Assembly: GCA_043817315.1 (NCBI GenBank)
Contig: JBDRGY010000001.1
Span: forward strand, 9,732-73,731
Direction: 5' to 3'
Length of the DNA: 64,000 nucleotides
DNA from: Patescibacteria group bacterium
Lineage (GTDB): Bacteria; Patescibacteriota; Patescibacteriia; JBDRGY01
Part shown: piece after piece, positions 49,446 through 59,550 of the stretch
How positions within the stretch are numbered: position 1 is the first letter of the stretch
Layout: the number at the start of each line of letters is the position of its first letter
Position numbers and translations under genes: made by a program
The notes under the pieces: model-generated
The model's database searches: none
The model's input: the letters and a program-made list of their open reading frames with translations, nothing else
What the model was told of the DNA's origin: nothing

Positions 49446-49474
49446 TTGACACCCTTTTTTAGTATTGATATGAT
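49446..49474 (+). promoter_or_regulatory. promoter TTGACA-17-TATGAT of hrcA operon
   Basis: cttgacaccctttttagtattgatatgat, immediately upstream of CIRCE. Confidence 0.6.
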
Positions 49475-49478
49475 GATT

Positions 49479-49505
49479 TTAGCACTCTCTACATAAGAGT
49501 GCTAA
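49479..49505 (+). promoter_or_regulatory. CIRCE operator (HrcA binding site) TTAGCACTC-N9-GAGTGCTAA, perfect match
   Basis: ttagcactc tctacataa gagtgctaa, 16 nt upstream of the hrcA start. Confidence 0.9.
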
Positions 49506-49520
49506 TGGGAGAATCTAACT

Positions 49521-50213
49521 ATGGATGACCGAAAAAAGGCCATTTTAAGCGAAATTTTAGAGGAGTATATCAAGTCAGCCAAACCGATTGGCTCCAAAGC
49601 TATTGTGGATAAATACTACAATGATCTGAGTTCGGCTACTATTCGTAATGAAATGAAGACTTTGGAAAAAGAAGGGTTTATTACCCATCCTCATACTTCA
49701 GCCGGCCGTATTCCCACAGAAAAAGGTTACCAGTTTTATATCGACAATTTCTTGAAGGAGAAGGAAGTCGCCAAGTCAGACCGGGAATTTATCCAGGGAA
49801 CTATCAGTCACTTTAAGAATTACGAACCGGATTTAGCTAAAAACCTGGCCAAGGCAATTTCCCACCTTTCTGACGAGACGGTCTTTGTGGCTTTTTCAGA
49901 AAATGACTTTTTCTACACCGGAATTTCCAATATCTTTAAAAAGCCGGAATTTGCCGATTTGCAATTAGTTTATAATATCTCAGAAATAATTGATCACATG
50001 GACGAAGTCTTAAACGAACTGTTTACAGAAATAGATCAGGGGACGATCCTGTTAGGCCAGCAAAATCCTTTTGGCGATTTTTGTTCCTCAGTGATTACCA
50101 AATACCACAACGAATCACAAAGCGGGTTACTGGGAATCTTAGGCCCTTTGCGTATGGACTACAATCGTAATAGACAACTGGTTAATTACGCTGAAAAATT
50201 ATTAAGTTCATAA
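49521..50213 (+). CDS. hrcA: heat-inducible transcription repressor HrcA (short form)
   Basis: N-terminal winged-helix MDDRKKAILSEILEEYIKSAKPIGSKAI, 230 aa. Confidence 0.85.
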   Translation: MDDRKKAILSEILEEYIKSAKPIGSKAIVDKYYNDLSSATIRNEMKTLEKEGFITHPHTSAGRIPTEKGYQFYIDNFLKEKEVAKSDREFIQGTISHFKNYEPDLAKNLAKAISHLSDETVFVAFSENDFFYTGISNIFKKPEFADLQLVYNISEIIDHMDEVLNELFTEIDQGTILLGQQNPFGDFCSSVITKYHNESQSGLLGILGPLRMDYNRNRQLVNYAEKLLSS

Positions 50214-50214
50214 A

Positions 50215-50721
50215 ATGATAGAAACCAATAAAACTTCTCGACAAAGCTCGAAGCAAGAAGAAGAAAAACACCCGGAAGAAATCGAGATTCTAAAAACCAA
50301 GATGGCAGAATATCTGGATGGCTGGAAACGTGCCAAGGCTGATTATCTTAATCAGAAGAAAGAGACAGAAGCTCAACTCAAAGATACGGTTATGTTTGCC
50401 AACGCCAGCCTTATCTTTGAACTGTTGCCGGTGATGGACAATTTTGATCGAGCTATGTCTCATGTCGCCAAGAAGGACAAAGACACCGATTGGGTTAAAG
50501 GTGTGGTTCAGATTCAGAAACAGCTGGAAGATATTTTGAAAATTGAAGGTGTTGAAAGAATCAAGACCGTTGGAGAAAAATTTAACCCGGAAGTTCATGA
50601 AGCCATTACCATGGAAGACAAAAAAGAAGAAGAATCAGGAATAATTTCGGAAGAAATGGAAGCCGGGTATAAATTGAATGAAAAAGTGCTACGACCGGCC
50701 AAGGTCAAAGTTATTAAATAA
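50215..50721 (+). CDS. grpE: nucleotide exchange factor GrpE
   Basis: Coiled-coil N-terminus and C-terminal GrpE beta domain (GYKLNEKVLRPAKV). Confidence 0.9.
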   Translation: MIETNKTSRQSSKQEEEKHPEEIEILKTKMAEYLDGWKRAKADYLNQKKETEAQLKDTVMFANASLIFELLPVMDNFDRAMSHVAKKDKDTDWVKGVVQIQKQLEDILKIEGVERIKTVGEKFNPEVHEAITMEDKKEEESGIISEEMEAGYKLNEKVLRPAKVKVIK

Positions 50722-50740
50722 TTGATAAGGAGACGATACT

Positions 50741-51160
50741 ATGTCAATTGTCAGATGGAGACCATTAATTCAACCGGATGAATTCGGCAGTATGTTTGAG
50801 GATTTTATGCCGCAGAGAGGTAATTTTATCCCAGCCCTGGACGTTTATCAAGACAAAAACAACGTAATAGTGGAAACCCCGTTAGTGGGGATAGACCCCG
50901 ACAAAATCAATATTTCCGTGGAAAATGATGTTTTGACCATAGAGGGTAATACCGAAAAGAAAACCGAAGTTGATGATAAAAAGTATTACCGTAAGGAAAT
51001 AAGGACAGGTTCATTTCACCGAGCCGTGGCTTTGCCTACAGCAGTTAACGGAGAAAAGGCTGAAGCCTCTTATGCTGAAGGAGTGTTGAAAATAGTGATT
51101 CCCAAAGAGGAAAGAGCTAAGAAGAAAACGATCAAAGTTCAAGTAAAAGGCAAGAAATAA
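50741..51160 (+). CDS. Hsp20/alpha-crystallin small heat shock protein
   Basis: ACD motifs (LTIEGNTEKK...YYRKEIRTGSFHRAVALP...GVLKIVIPK). Confidence 0.85.
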   Translation: MSIVRWRPLIQPDEFGSMFEDFMPQRGNFIPALDVYQDKNNVIVETPLVGIDPDKINISVENDVLTIEGNTEKKTEVDDKKYYRKEIRTGSFHRAVALPTAVNGEKAEASYAEGVLKIVIPKEERAKKKTIKVQVKGKK

Positions 51161-51398
51161 GTTTTTTGAAATAAAAAAGGCCCGCGAAGCGTCGGGGCCT
51201 TGACCCAGAATACGCTGAGTCTTTTGGAGCAAAAAGGACAAAGACGATCAGGGAGATACTGAAGAGAATCATGACGATACCGGCCATCTGGGGTATGGTT
51301 ATCACATCCCAAGTGGGATTGTGCCGCCGCCACATCCAGACACCGATCAAGCCGGTGACTATAAAGATGCCGAGGAAGACTGTCTCTATAGGTTCCAT
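51132..51398 (-). CDS. GC-rich small membrane protein (88 aa); C-terminal 25 codons read through a GC hairpin+T-run that otherwise looks like its terminator
   Basis: ORF in track. Two TM segments. The hairpin aggcccgcgaagcgtcggggcct (51178-51200) with a T-run on the minus strand lies inside the 3' end. Confidence 0.4.
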   Translation of the reverse strand: MEPIETVFLGIFIVTGLIGVWMWRRHNPTWDVITIPQMAGIVMILFSISLIVFVLFAPKDSAYSGSRPRRFAGLFYFKKLISCLLLEL

Positions 51399-51403
51399 AA
51401 TTA

Positions 51404-51583
51404 CCTCACAGACTGATGGTTATGATACCGATGATAAAAGCCATGAAAATGGCGTAGAGGACAACCGCTACCAGGCCGTCTATCAGATTAGAGAAGGCTA
51501 CGGCCAGGCCACCGAAGATAACCACGCCCATGAAGGAAAGAAAGGCGCCTGTTCCCAGAGCAAGCTTTCCCAAGATGATTCCC
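51404..51583 (-). CDS. GC-rich small membrane protein (59 aa, below ORF-track cutoff): MGIILGKLALGTGAFLSFMGVVIFGGLAVAFSNLIDGLVAVVLYAIFMAFIIGIITISL
   Basis: Hand translation of the minus strand. RBS aagggggtgaaactATG. Minus-strand promoter TTGACA-17-TAAAGT at plus coords 51629-51657. Confidence 0.45.
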
Positions 51584-51698
51584 ATAGTTTCACCCCCTTG
51601 TTGAAAAGAACATTTAGGTAATTAAGTTACTTTATTAAATATTAAGTATTTTGTCAACCACGCCCAAATTTTTTAAGAAATTTAGTCGGGTAAATAAT

Positions 51699-52013
51699 AT
51701 GAACAATAAATTAAAAATTCAATCTGATTGTCCCTTTTGCGGGTCAGAATACGATATGCAGTCTTTGCACGTTCTTGAAGAAAGAGGCAGCGGATTCTTA
51801 GCTCATCTCAAATGTATGAACTGTCACGGTGCCGTGGTTACCTTAGTTTCCATGAGTCCGCTGGGCGGTCTGCTGGTAACCGGAGTAGCTACTGACTTGC
51901 AGGAGAGCGAGGTTCTGGGATTTGAAAAAGGGGAAGAGGTTAGTTATGACGACGTAATAAATATTCACGGGCTTTTAGAAAATAACGGGGAGTTGTTTAT
52001 TGATGTGAATTAA
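51699..52013 (+). CDS. hypothetical Zn-ribbon protein (CPFCG...CMNCHG)
   Basis: ORF with probable ATG start MNNKLKIQSDCPFCG. The track ORF begins at a TTG at 51651. Confidence 0.4.
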   Translation: MNNKLKIQSDCPFCGSEYDMQSLHVLEERGSGFLAHLKCMNCHGAVVTLVSMSPLGGLLVTGVATDLQESEVLGFEKGEEVSYDDVINIHGLLENNGELFIDVN

Positions 52014-52300
52014 TGAAAGAAAAAACGTACTACGTTTACATGTTATCTAATAAAAGGAAGAATGTTCTTTACACGGGAATTACTGGAAATTTGGAAGGAA
52101 GAGTTAGAGAGCACAAGAATAAGTTAGTTATGGGGTTTACCAGTAAGTATAATGTTGATCTATTGGTGTATTACGAGGAATATAATGATGTTTATGATGC
52201 GATTGCAAGGGAAAAGCAGATAAAGGGATGGTTGCGTAGCAAAAAGGATCAATTGATTAATAAACTAAATCCTAAATGGAAAGATTTGAGCGAAGGATAA
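52013..52300 (+). CDS. small GIY-YIG nuclease-superfamily protein, copy 3
   Basis: TYYVYMLSNKRKNVLYTGITGNLEGRVREHKN. The ATG overlaps the upstream stop (TAATGA). Confidence 0.7.
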   Translation: MKEKTYYVYMLSNKRKNVLYTGITGNLEGRVREHKNKLVMGFTSKYNVDLLVYYEEYNDVYDAIAREKQIKGWLRSKKDQLINKLNPKWKDLSEG

Positions 52301-52380
52301 AATATATAGTATTGTCATTCTGAATAAAGTGAAGAATCTCGATAAGTAACGAGATCCTTCGCTCCTCTCAGGATGACAGT
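52283..52380 (+). promoter_or_regulatory. complex stem-loop region with mutually exclusive pairings between GIY-YIG 3' end and dnaK
   Basis: gagcgaagga (52285-94) pairs with tccttcgctc (52357-66). Competing with this, tgtcattctga (52312-22) pairs with tcaggatgaca (52370-80), enclosing gaagaatctcg/cgagatccttc. Confidence 0.4.
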
Positions 52381-52413
52381 TGAGGAAATGATTAATAACA
52401 AATTAATTAATAA

Positions 52414-54396
<1,983 letters not shown>

Positions 54397-54407
54397 TGTT
54401 TAAATTA

Positions 54408-54431
54408 CCACCCCGCCGCAAGGCGGGGTGG
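54408..54431 (+). terminator. terminator hairpin after dnaK
   Basis: ccaccccgcc-gcaa-ggcggggtgg. The T-tract is weak (cttactta). Confidence 0.5.
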
Positions 54432-54439
54432 CTTACTTA

Positions 54440-54721
54440 ATGAACGTGGTATATAAAAATATGAATTGGAAAAGATTTTTTAAGCCAACTATTTGGACAT
54501 TATTACTTACCATTGTAATTTTCGCTGGATTTTACGAGTTAATCTTGTCTTATGGTACTGGACTACATGTTGATTGTTTTGAATGGCACGAAGGGTGTGG
54601 ATATCATCCGCCAAGGTTTGATTTGGGGATTGGCTTTAAAGGCATGCTAGTATTAGCTTACTTCTTATCCTATTTGATCTCTTGTTTGTTGTTATATTTT
54701 ATTAAGAGAGAGAAAAAGTAA
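54440..54721 (+). CDS. hypothetical membrane protein
   Basis: AT-rich ORF with three hydrophobic segments. The ATG at 54440 is preferred over the upstream GTG. Confidence 0.35.
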   Translation: MNVVYKNMNWKRFFKPTIWTLLLTIVIFAGFYELILSYGTGLHVDCFEWHEGCGYHPPRFDLGIGFKGMLVLAYFLSYLISCLLLYFIKREKK

Positions 54722-54724
54722 TAA

Positions 54725-54973
54725 ATGAAAAAGTCAGAACGTTTCTTGGCTAAAGCCAAGCAGGAGGGCTATGATATTCCTCAAAAGTACCTGACCAAGT
54801 ATAAACTGCCCAAGTATCAGGATTTCATTATTTTGGGCAAATGTTGGCGAGCGCTCAAGAAAAAGAAGTTGTCTAAGGAGGATCGGCAGCAGGTGCGCTT
54901 TATTATGACTCAACTGCTAGCCAAATGGCGGCCGCCGTTGGAGAAAGAGATAGATAGGATTTTGAGAAAATAA
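54725..54973 (+). CDS. hypothetical small basic protein
   Basis: ORF only. Confidence 0.3.
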   Translation: MKKSERFLAKAKQEGYDIPQKYLTKYKLPKYQDFIILGKCWRALKKKKLSKEDRQQVRFIMTQLLAKWRPPLEKEIDRILRK

Positions 54974-55014
54974 GAGATTCGTAATTGGATATTCGTAATT
55001 CGGGGGATTTTTTT

Positions 55015-55057
55015 GTTGGAAAAAGAAGAACCCCTGCACCACGATGTGATGCAGGGG
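55015..55057 (-). terminator. island terminator T1 (minus strand): hairpin cccctgcatcacatcgtggtgcagggg + T-rich tail
   Basis: Plus-strand cccctgcaccacgatgtgatgcagggg at 55030-55056, preceded by aaaaagaagaa on the plus strand. Near-identical to T2. Confidence 0.6.
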
Positions 55058-55088
55058 GTGCCCGAGATGGGCAAGGTGCGGATAGGAG

Positions 55089-55340
55089 TTACATGATAGG
55101 TCCGGAGATTTCTCCCATTCTATGCATCTCCTTGATCAGCTTGAAGAGCAGGAGCAGAGTATGAGAGGTAGCTTGGTCTACCTCTTCAGGGCTGGGTTCG
55201 CTGCCCTTTTCTTGGTGCAGGTTCTGGCGGACAGCATCCTCGATCCCGATGCGAGCCAGGTCAGCCCTTTCTTCTTCGCTGAGATTGAGAGTAGGATCCT
55301 TCAGAATCCTACTCATCTTGGTCATCGGTTTGCTGGCCAT
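55089..55340 (-). CDS. island gene J, hypothetical (83 aa), GC-rich
   Basis: ORF on the minus strand, last gene before T1. Confidence 0.4.
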   Translation of the reverse strand: MASKPMTKMSRILKDPTLNLSEEERADLARIGIEDAVRQNLHQEKGSEPSPEEVDQATSHTLLLLFKLIKEMHRMGEISGPIM

Positions 55341-55412
55341 TATTGACTCCTCTTTTCTCCAGCCAAAGCTGGGAAACCGTTAGTGGCTACCTCCCAACGA
55401 AAATAGGCTGAC

Positions 55413-55643
55413 TCAATCAATTACCAGAGAACCCGGCAAGAAGATGCGCGAGTTCGGGTGGCCCTCGATCGTGCCGTCGGGTGTTATCTTAACAGTATTA
55501 GTGCCGTCCACAAATTGGCACCCGCCGCTGGCAAAGGCTACAACTATTTGCGGCTTCATCAGCCTGCAGCTTGTCATTACGTCATTGCCTATTCCCGATA
55601 TGCAGATTATATCTGCCTTGCTGATCGCCTCGGCCCAGTTCAT
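55413..55643 (-). CDS. island gene I, hypothetical (76 aa) with ITPDGTIEG motif; may be fused with gene H if a frameshift is present
   Basis: ORF. It is 16 nt downstream of H in a different frame. Confidence 0.4.
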   Translation of the reverse strand: MNWAEAISKADIICISGIGNDVMTSCRLMKPQIVVAFASGGCQFVDGTNTVKITPDGTIEGHPNSRIFLPGSLVID

Positions 55644-55659
55644 CTCATCTCCTGTGTGT

Positions 55660-55989
55660 TTACCATGTTTCGAAGCAGCGGTGAAACTGCACCCGTTCTT
55701 GCAGCTCGATCCAGGCTCGTATTGGTGCCCGGTCCACCTGAACCCAGACCTGGCTTTTTATGTACCAGGTATCCTCGTTAACATCGAATCTCCCGTCCTT
55801 TTCCCGGTAAAGACGGCCTTGGTAATCCATCAGGAAACGAACTGAACCATCTTGGTCATTGACCATGGTCAGGATAGCCCCCTCTTTGACCAATTCAACG
55901 GCCTCGGGTTTTCCTTCCCAGGTCCCGCCATTCTTTAAGTCGTTGATGCGAAAGGGCTGTTCCGTATTGGCCAGACTGGCGATACTCAT
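55660..55989 (-). CDS. island gene H, hypothetical (109 aa)
   Basis: ORF with RBS agaggagag. Minus-strand promoter TTGACT-17-TATGAT at 56035-56062. Confidence 0.45.
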   Translation of the reverse strand: MSIASLANTEQPFRINDLKNGGTWEGKPEAVELVKEGAILTMVNDQDGSVRFLMDYQGRLYREKDGRFDVNEDTWYIKSQVWVQVDRAPIRAWIELQERVQFHRCFETW

Positions 55990-56034
55990 GGTGGCTCTCC
56001 TCTAAGGTGATTGAATGAAACGAACGGTTATTTA

Positions 56035-56062
56035 TCATATTAGAAACCACTAATTCAGTCAA
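56035..56062 (-). promoter_or_regulatory. island promoter P_H (TTGACT-17-TATGAT, minus strand)
   Basis: Reverse complement reads gtttgactgaattagtggtttctaatatgat. Confidence 0.5.
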
Positions 56063-56097
56063 ACAAAAAATCCCTGCACCACGTAGGTGATGCAGGG
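56063..56097 (-). terminator. island terminator T2 (minus strand)
   Basis: Plus-strand ccctgcaccacgtaggtgatgcaggg, preceded by aaacaaaaaat. On the minus strand this is a hairpin followed by atttttgttt. Confidence 0.6.
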
Positions 56098-56124
56098 CAT
56101 AGAGTTAGCAAAGAACAGTTGAAG

Positions 56125-56418
56125 TCAACTTTGAGGTTGACCTCTTCTCTGGCGAATCTGCTGGCCGCCTTTGATGTCTTCCTGGATCTCCAATTGCTGG
56201 TTTCTGTCGTGGACGTTGATGCCGTTGTCGTCAATGGTCACCGTGCCTGGCCGGGTTCCATGGATGACCACAGCCAGTCCGTCCCGGTATTCCTTGCAGT
56301 CAGCAATCTGACCTTTGAGGATGATCTTGGGTGCAGAGGTTCCCTTATCACCGGTGACTGACTGGGTCTTATCTACCAGTCGGGCAGACTGACCGAGTAA
56401 AACCTGACGATCGATCAT
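56125..56418 (-). CDS. island gene G, hypothetical (97 aa)
   Basis: ORF, 13 nt downstream of gene F. Confidence 0.4.
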   Translation of the reverse strand: MIDRQVLLGQSARLVDKTQSVTGDKGTSAPKIILKGQIADCKEYRDGLAVVIHGTRPGTVTIDDNGINVHDRNQQLEIQEDIKGGQQIRQRRGQPQS

Positions 56419-56431
56419 TAGCGTGCTCCTT

Positions 56432-57070
56432 TCAGACCTGACAGGCTCGAGCCGGGGGATAGACCCAGCTGTTACCCTGAAACTGGGTGACCAAGGGCAC
56501 TTCTATCACGAAGCCCTCGTCCTCTTCACTATCGATAACCTGAGCGAAGCAATCATGAAAAGCCCCAGCGGTCGGCTTGATCGTTCCGTCAGTTCGGATC
56601 ATCACTATGTGTTCCGGACCCTCGGAATTATCTTCATGGACGGTGACCAGGGTAATAACCACGATGTCAGGATCGCGCTCCGAAATGATCGGCCCTTCGA
56701 CTCTGCCTTGACGGATGACCTTTCCTGAACTGGCCTTGACGATCTGCAGGCCGTGGCAATCACGCAGCACGCTTTGCAGGAATTCGACGGGCAGGTGACG
56801 CCTTTCGGTAATCGGTAACCAGGTGCCATCTTCACCGATACGACGCTCGATCCGTATCTCGGGGATAGCCGAGTAGAACCCATCTGGTGTCACGGTAATT
56901 ATTCGGGGTTCGATGTCGTTGGGTCCCATCATCTTGATGTCCACTGGTCCCTTGGTATCTGACTGAGGGGTTATTTCTTCAACGGATCCCTCAAAAAGGA
57001 CTGCCCCATCCCGGTCAATCCGTGGATCTACTGCCCTGACCTGATCGTAATCAGCTAGCAAAACAGCCAT
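56432..57070 (-). CDS. island gene F, hypothetical (212 aa) with repeated (I/V)TPDG / RTDGTIKP motifs
   Basis: ORF. Promoter P_F lies upstream. Confidence 0.45.
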   Translation of the reverse strand: MAVLLADYDQVRAVDPRIDRDGAVLFEGSVEEITPQSDTKGPVDIKMMGPNDIEPRIITVTPDGFYSAIPEIRIERRIGEDGTWLPITERRHLPVEFLQSVLRDCHGLQIVKASSGKVIRQGRVEGPIISERDPDIVVITLVTVHEDNSEGPEHIVMIRTDGTIKPTAGAFHDCFAQVIDSEEDEGFVIEVPLVTQFQGNSWVYPPARACQV

Positions 57071-57135
57071 TGACCGATTCTCCTTATGGACTGCTGGGCC
57101 GATAGTAACCCACTGGAATGAGAAAAACTGGCTCT

Positions 57136-57164
57136 ATCTTATTAAAAACTAGAAGTTTAGTCAA
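57136..57164 (-). promoter_or_regulatory. island promoter P_F (TTGACT-17-TAAGAT, minus strand)
   Basis: Reverse complement reads ttgactaaacttctagtttttaataagat. Confidence 0.5.
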
Positions 57165-57165
57165 G

Positions 57166-57191
57166 AAAAAAAGCCCTGCAATTTGCAGAGC
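57166..57191 (-). terminator. island terminator T3 (minus strand)
   Basis: Plus-strand aaaaaaa + gccctgcaatttgcagagc. Confidence 0.55.
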
Positions 57192-57210
57192 TTGGGGAAT
57201 GAGTCCTAGA

Positions 57211-57771
57211 TTAGTCCTCATCTCGATCAGTGTCGATGAAGAGAACCTGTTGCCACTCCAACCAGTCATCAGAGTCTGACTTCCGAAACTGTACTACAGC
57301 ATTACCAGGTTGGTTGGCCAAGGAACCGTCCACGGTTCTGACAAGCAGACGCCTATCATTACCGCCTAGGTTGAGAAAATCTCCAGTACGGTAATGATCA
57401 AGGTAGCCGAAAGAAAGCCCATGTGGGACCTGCTGGTCGGCATTCCAGATACGGATAGACCAGCCAACTTGTACTACTTCATTGTGGTGAGCTTCCCAGG
57501 GCCCGAACCGGATCAGACTGCTAAGTTCCTGCCATCTGTCTGGTAGGTATACAACAGAGATAACCACCGAGGGATGGCTAAGACACTTACCGTCCCGTCC
57601 CACTTCGTAGGTTTGTTCTCCGATATGTTCCAAATCGACAGTGAAAGCCAAGCCGGACTCAGTCGGCCTCACTTTGGTAATTTCGGCAATCGGAGCTTCT
57701 GATCCTGGGGTCAGGGTACAAACGATTTTAACCAGCTGTTCCGGCTTGATAAAATCATGAATGATCATCAT
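57211..57771 (-). CDS. island gene E, hypothetical (~186 aa from MMIIHDF...), paralog of gene A (shared W-x-RIW-N/D-A and DDWLEWQQV motifs)
   Basis: ORF in the track runs 57211..57801. RBS gggagga precedes the ATGATG at 57771. Confidence 0.45.
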   Translation of the reverse strand: MMIIHDFIKPEQLVKIVCTLTPGSEAPIAEITKVRPTESGLAFTVDLEHIGEQTYEVGRDGKCLSHPSVVISVVYLPDRWQELSSLIRFGPWEAHHNEVVQVGWSIRIWNADQQVPHGLSFGYLDHYRTGDFLNLGGNDRRLLVRTVDGSLANQPGNAVVQFRKSDSDDWLEWQQVLFIDTDRDED

Positions 57772-57815
57772 TCCTCCCGTTTGGCGGTTTCTTCCTTTCA
57801 ATGTGCAATTAAACT

Positions 57816-57844
57816 ATCTTAGGAAATTAAGCCAAATAAGTCAA
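57816..57844 (-). promoter_or_regulatory. island promoter P_E (TTGACT-17-TAAGAT, minus strand)
   Basis: Reverse complement reads ttgacttatttggcttaatttcctaagat. Confidence 0.5.
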
Positions 57845-57871
57845 GTAACACAGCACCAGGTTCGGTGCAGG

Positions 57872-57901
57872 ATAAAAAAACCCCGTCAAAAACGACAGGG
57901 T
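57872..57901 (-). terminator. island terminator T4 (minus strand)
   Basis: Plus-strand aaaaaaa + ccccgtcaaaaacgacaggg. Confidence 0.55.
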
Positions 57902-57914
57902 CTAAGGAACGAAG

Positions 57915-58574
57915 TTAAGAGGTTAGTTGCCTGCGGCGATACAGCACAGCGGCGCGTTCGTCCACTGGGACAAAACCCAGTTCCGGCACTTCTTTCTCCA
58001 CGATGAAGTGGTCGTAGAACTGTGGGGGATCAGCACTGATTTGATGTGAGCCAGAATCACGTCCCGCTGCCAGGCGCAGGAAAAATCCCCGATTATGATC
58101 TGGAGGCATCTGCCGGATGTTGCCGGTAAAGATGATGCCCTTTTTCTGGCCTATACGGCGACGTCGCTCCTCGGTGTTGACGATGCGGACCACATCAGCT
58201 ACTTGGAAACGGCCTACTTGATGAGGATCCAGCTGACCTTGCAGCAGCAGCCAGGCCAGATCCTGATTGGCCATCAGGAAAGTGAGGAAGAACCAAGTGT
58301 CCTCGATTCTGACCAGGATTTCGATGACACCTCGCTTGGGGTAGGAGAAGTTGGGTGTAATGGTCTCAGCGACCTTACCACCCAGGTTAACCGTCAGCTT
58401 CTTCAAGGCGTGGAAGGGTCTATCCAGACGAATCTCTGCCTCCCGATCAGTAAAGGGGAGTCTGCCCAGCTCAATAAGGAGTTCAGCGAATTGGCTGGGG
58501 CGGATCCTGACACTTCTTCCTTTACAGAGAAGTAGTTTCAGTAGATCCAGAGGATACCTCTGTCTCTTGATCAT
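57915..58574 (-). CDS. island gene D, hypothetical (219 aa)
   Basis: ORF, third gene of the B-C-D unit. Confidence 0.4.
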   Translation of the reverse strand: MIKRQRYPLDLLKLLLCKGRSVRIRPSQFAELLIELGRLPFTDREAEIRLDRPFHALKKLTVNLGGKVAETITPNFSYPKRGVIEILVRIEDTWFFLTFLMANQDLAWLLLQGQLDPHQVGRFQVADVVRIVNTEERRRRIGQKKGIIFTGNIRQMPPDHNRGFFLRLAAGRDSGSHQISADPPQFYDHFIVEKEVPELGFVPVDERAAVLYRRRQLTS

Positions 58575-58589
58575 CTCTGACTCCTCGTC

Positions 58590-58871
58590 TCAATCATCAA
58601 CCCCGAACCTAACTTGCTTGAGAGTGGCACCGTCTTGGACAAAGAGCCGGAACTCATCACCAGGAACCGGCACCTGGCCATCGAAGGAGCAATTGAACAT
58701 GCATTCGCTTCGGCCAGTGACCATCTCTATCTGGACACCAACTCCCAGGTCGGTCAGTCTGGCAAACCTTCCTTTCAGATGATATTCACCGGCCAGGATG
58801 CGTTCGCTGGGAGTCTTGGGATCAGCCACTACTATAGTGTCGCCCGGGGTTAATCTTTCCACGGTTTCCAT
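58590..58871 (-). CDS. island gene C, hypothetical (93 aa)
   Basis: ORF. Confidence 0.4.
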   Translation of the reverse strand: METVERLTPGDTIVVADPKTPSERILAGEYHLKGRFARLTDLGVGVQIEMVTGRSECMFNCSFDGQVPVPGDEFRLFVQDGATLKQVRFGVDD

Positions 58872-58883
58872 TCAGCCTCTCCT

Positions 58884-59432
58884 TTATCGGGACAGCTTGT
58901 CTAGAGTGATCCATTTGCTGGCACCGGCGACCCAGTAAAACATCATCTGATCCTGCTGGCCCTTGATGTTGCCCTCGAGGTCGATGGTGGCTTGACGGTC
59001 TGTCTTGTTCTTGTCGCGATAGGTGACAATCCAGCCTTCTGGTGGATGATTGACCCTAATCAGGTCATTGATGGTGCCTTCCAGCAGGATCTCGGGATTG
59101 CCGTCTGGATCTTGAGACGGATAACCAATACCGATATAATCTCCGTCTCTTAGCGCTGCCCGCATGACCATTTCCTTTCTCGGCTCGGTAACTTGCCTCC
59201 ATTTTTCTTCAATTGGCAGCCGGTACTCGATTTTTTCTTCCGGATAGTCCACTAAGACTCCGTCAGGCTGGACTAACAGCCAGTCGTAGTTGATGCCCTT
59301 GCCTGGTCTGATCAGCCAGATACAGAAGTTATCTCCAGCTGTCTTTAAAGACATTATCAAGCCCAGATATTCCTCGGTTCCGTCAGGGTGGATACGACGG
59401 ATCCGATCTCCTTCCTGCAGGTAGAAGGCCAT
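58884..59432 (-). CDS. island gene B, hypothetical (182 aa) with HPDG/QPDG motifs
   Basis: ORF with RBS aataggag. Confidence 0.45.
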   Translation of the reverse strand: MAFYLQEGDRIRRIHPDGTEEYLGLIMSLKTAGDNFCIWLIRPGKGINYDWLLVQPDGVLVDYPEEKIEYRLPIEEKWRQVTEPRKEMVMRAALRDGDYIGIGYPSQDPDGNPEILLEGTINDLIRVNHPPEGWIVTYRDKNKTDRQATIDLEGNIKGQQDQMMFYWVAGASKWITLDKLSR

Positions 59433-59477
59433 TAGTAGCTCCTATTTGATGTCGATTTCTAAGGTGCGAATTGGGTT

Positions 59478-59506
59478 ATCTTAGCCAATATAATATATAA
59501 AGTCAA
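59478..59506 (-). promoter_or_regulatory. island promoter P_B (TTGACT-17-TAAGAT, minus strand)
   Basis: Reverse complement reads ttgactttatatattatattggctaagat. Confidence 0.5.
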
Positions 59507-59507
59507 G

Positions 59508-59541
59508 AAATAAAAACCCCGCTAAGTCTAATTTAGCGGGG
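59508..59541 (-). terminator. island terminator T5 (minus strand)
   Basis: Plus-strand aaataaaaa + ccccgctaagtctaatttagcgggg. Confidence 0.6.
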
Positions 59542-59550
59542 GACTAATGA

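Noticed and set aside
51178-51206. GC hairpin after hsp20, considered as the plus-strand terminator of the hrcA-grpE-hsp20 operon.
   Set aside because: On the plus strand it is followed by tgacccag, with no T-run. The T-run is on the minus strand side, so it more likely terminates the convergent small membrane gene. The hsp20 transcript may still end there by structure alone.
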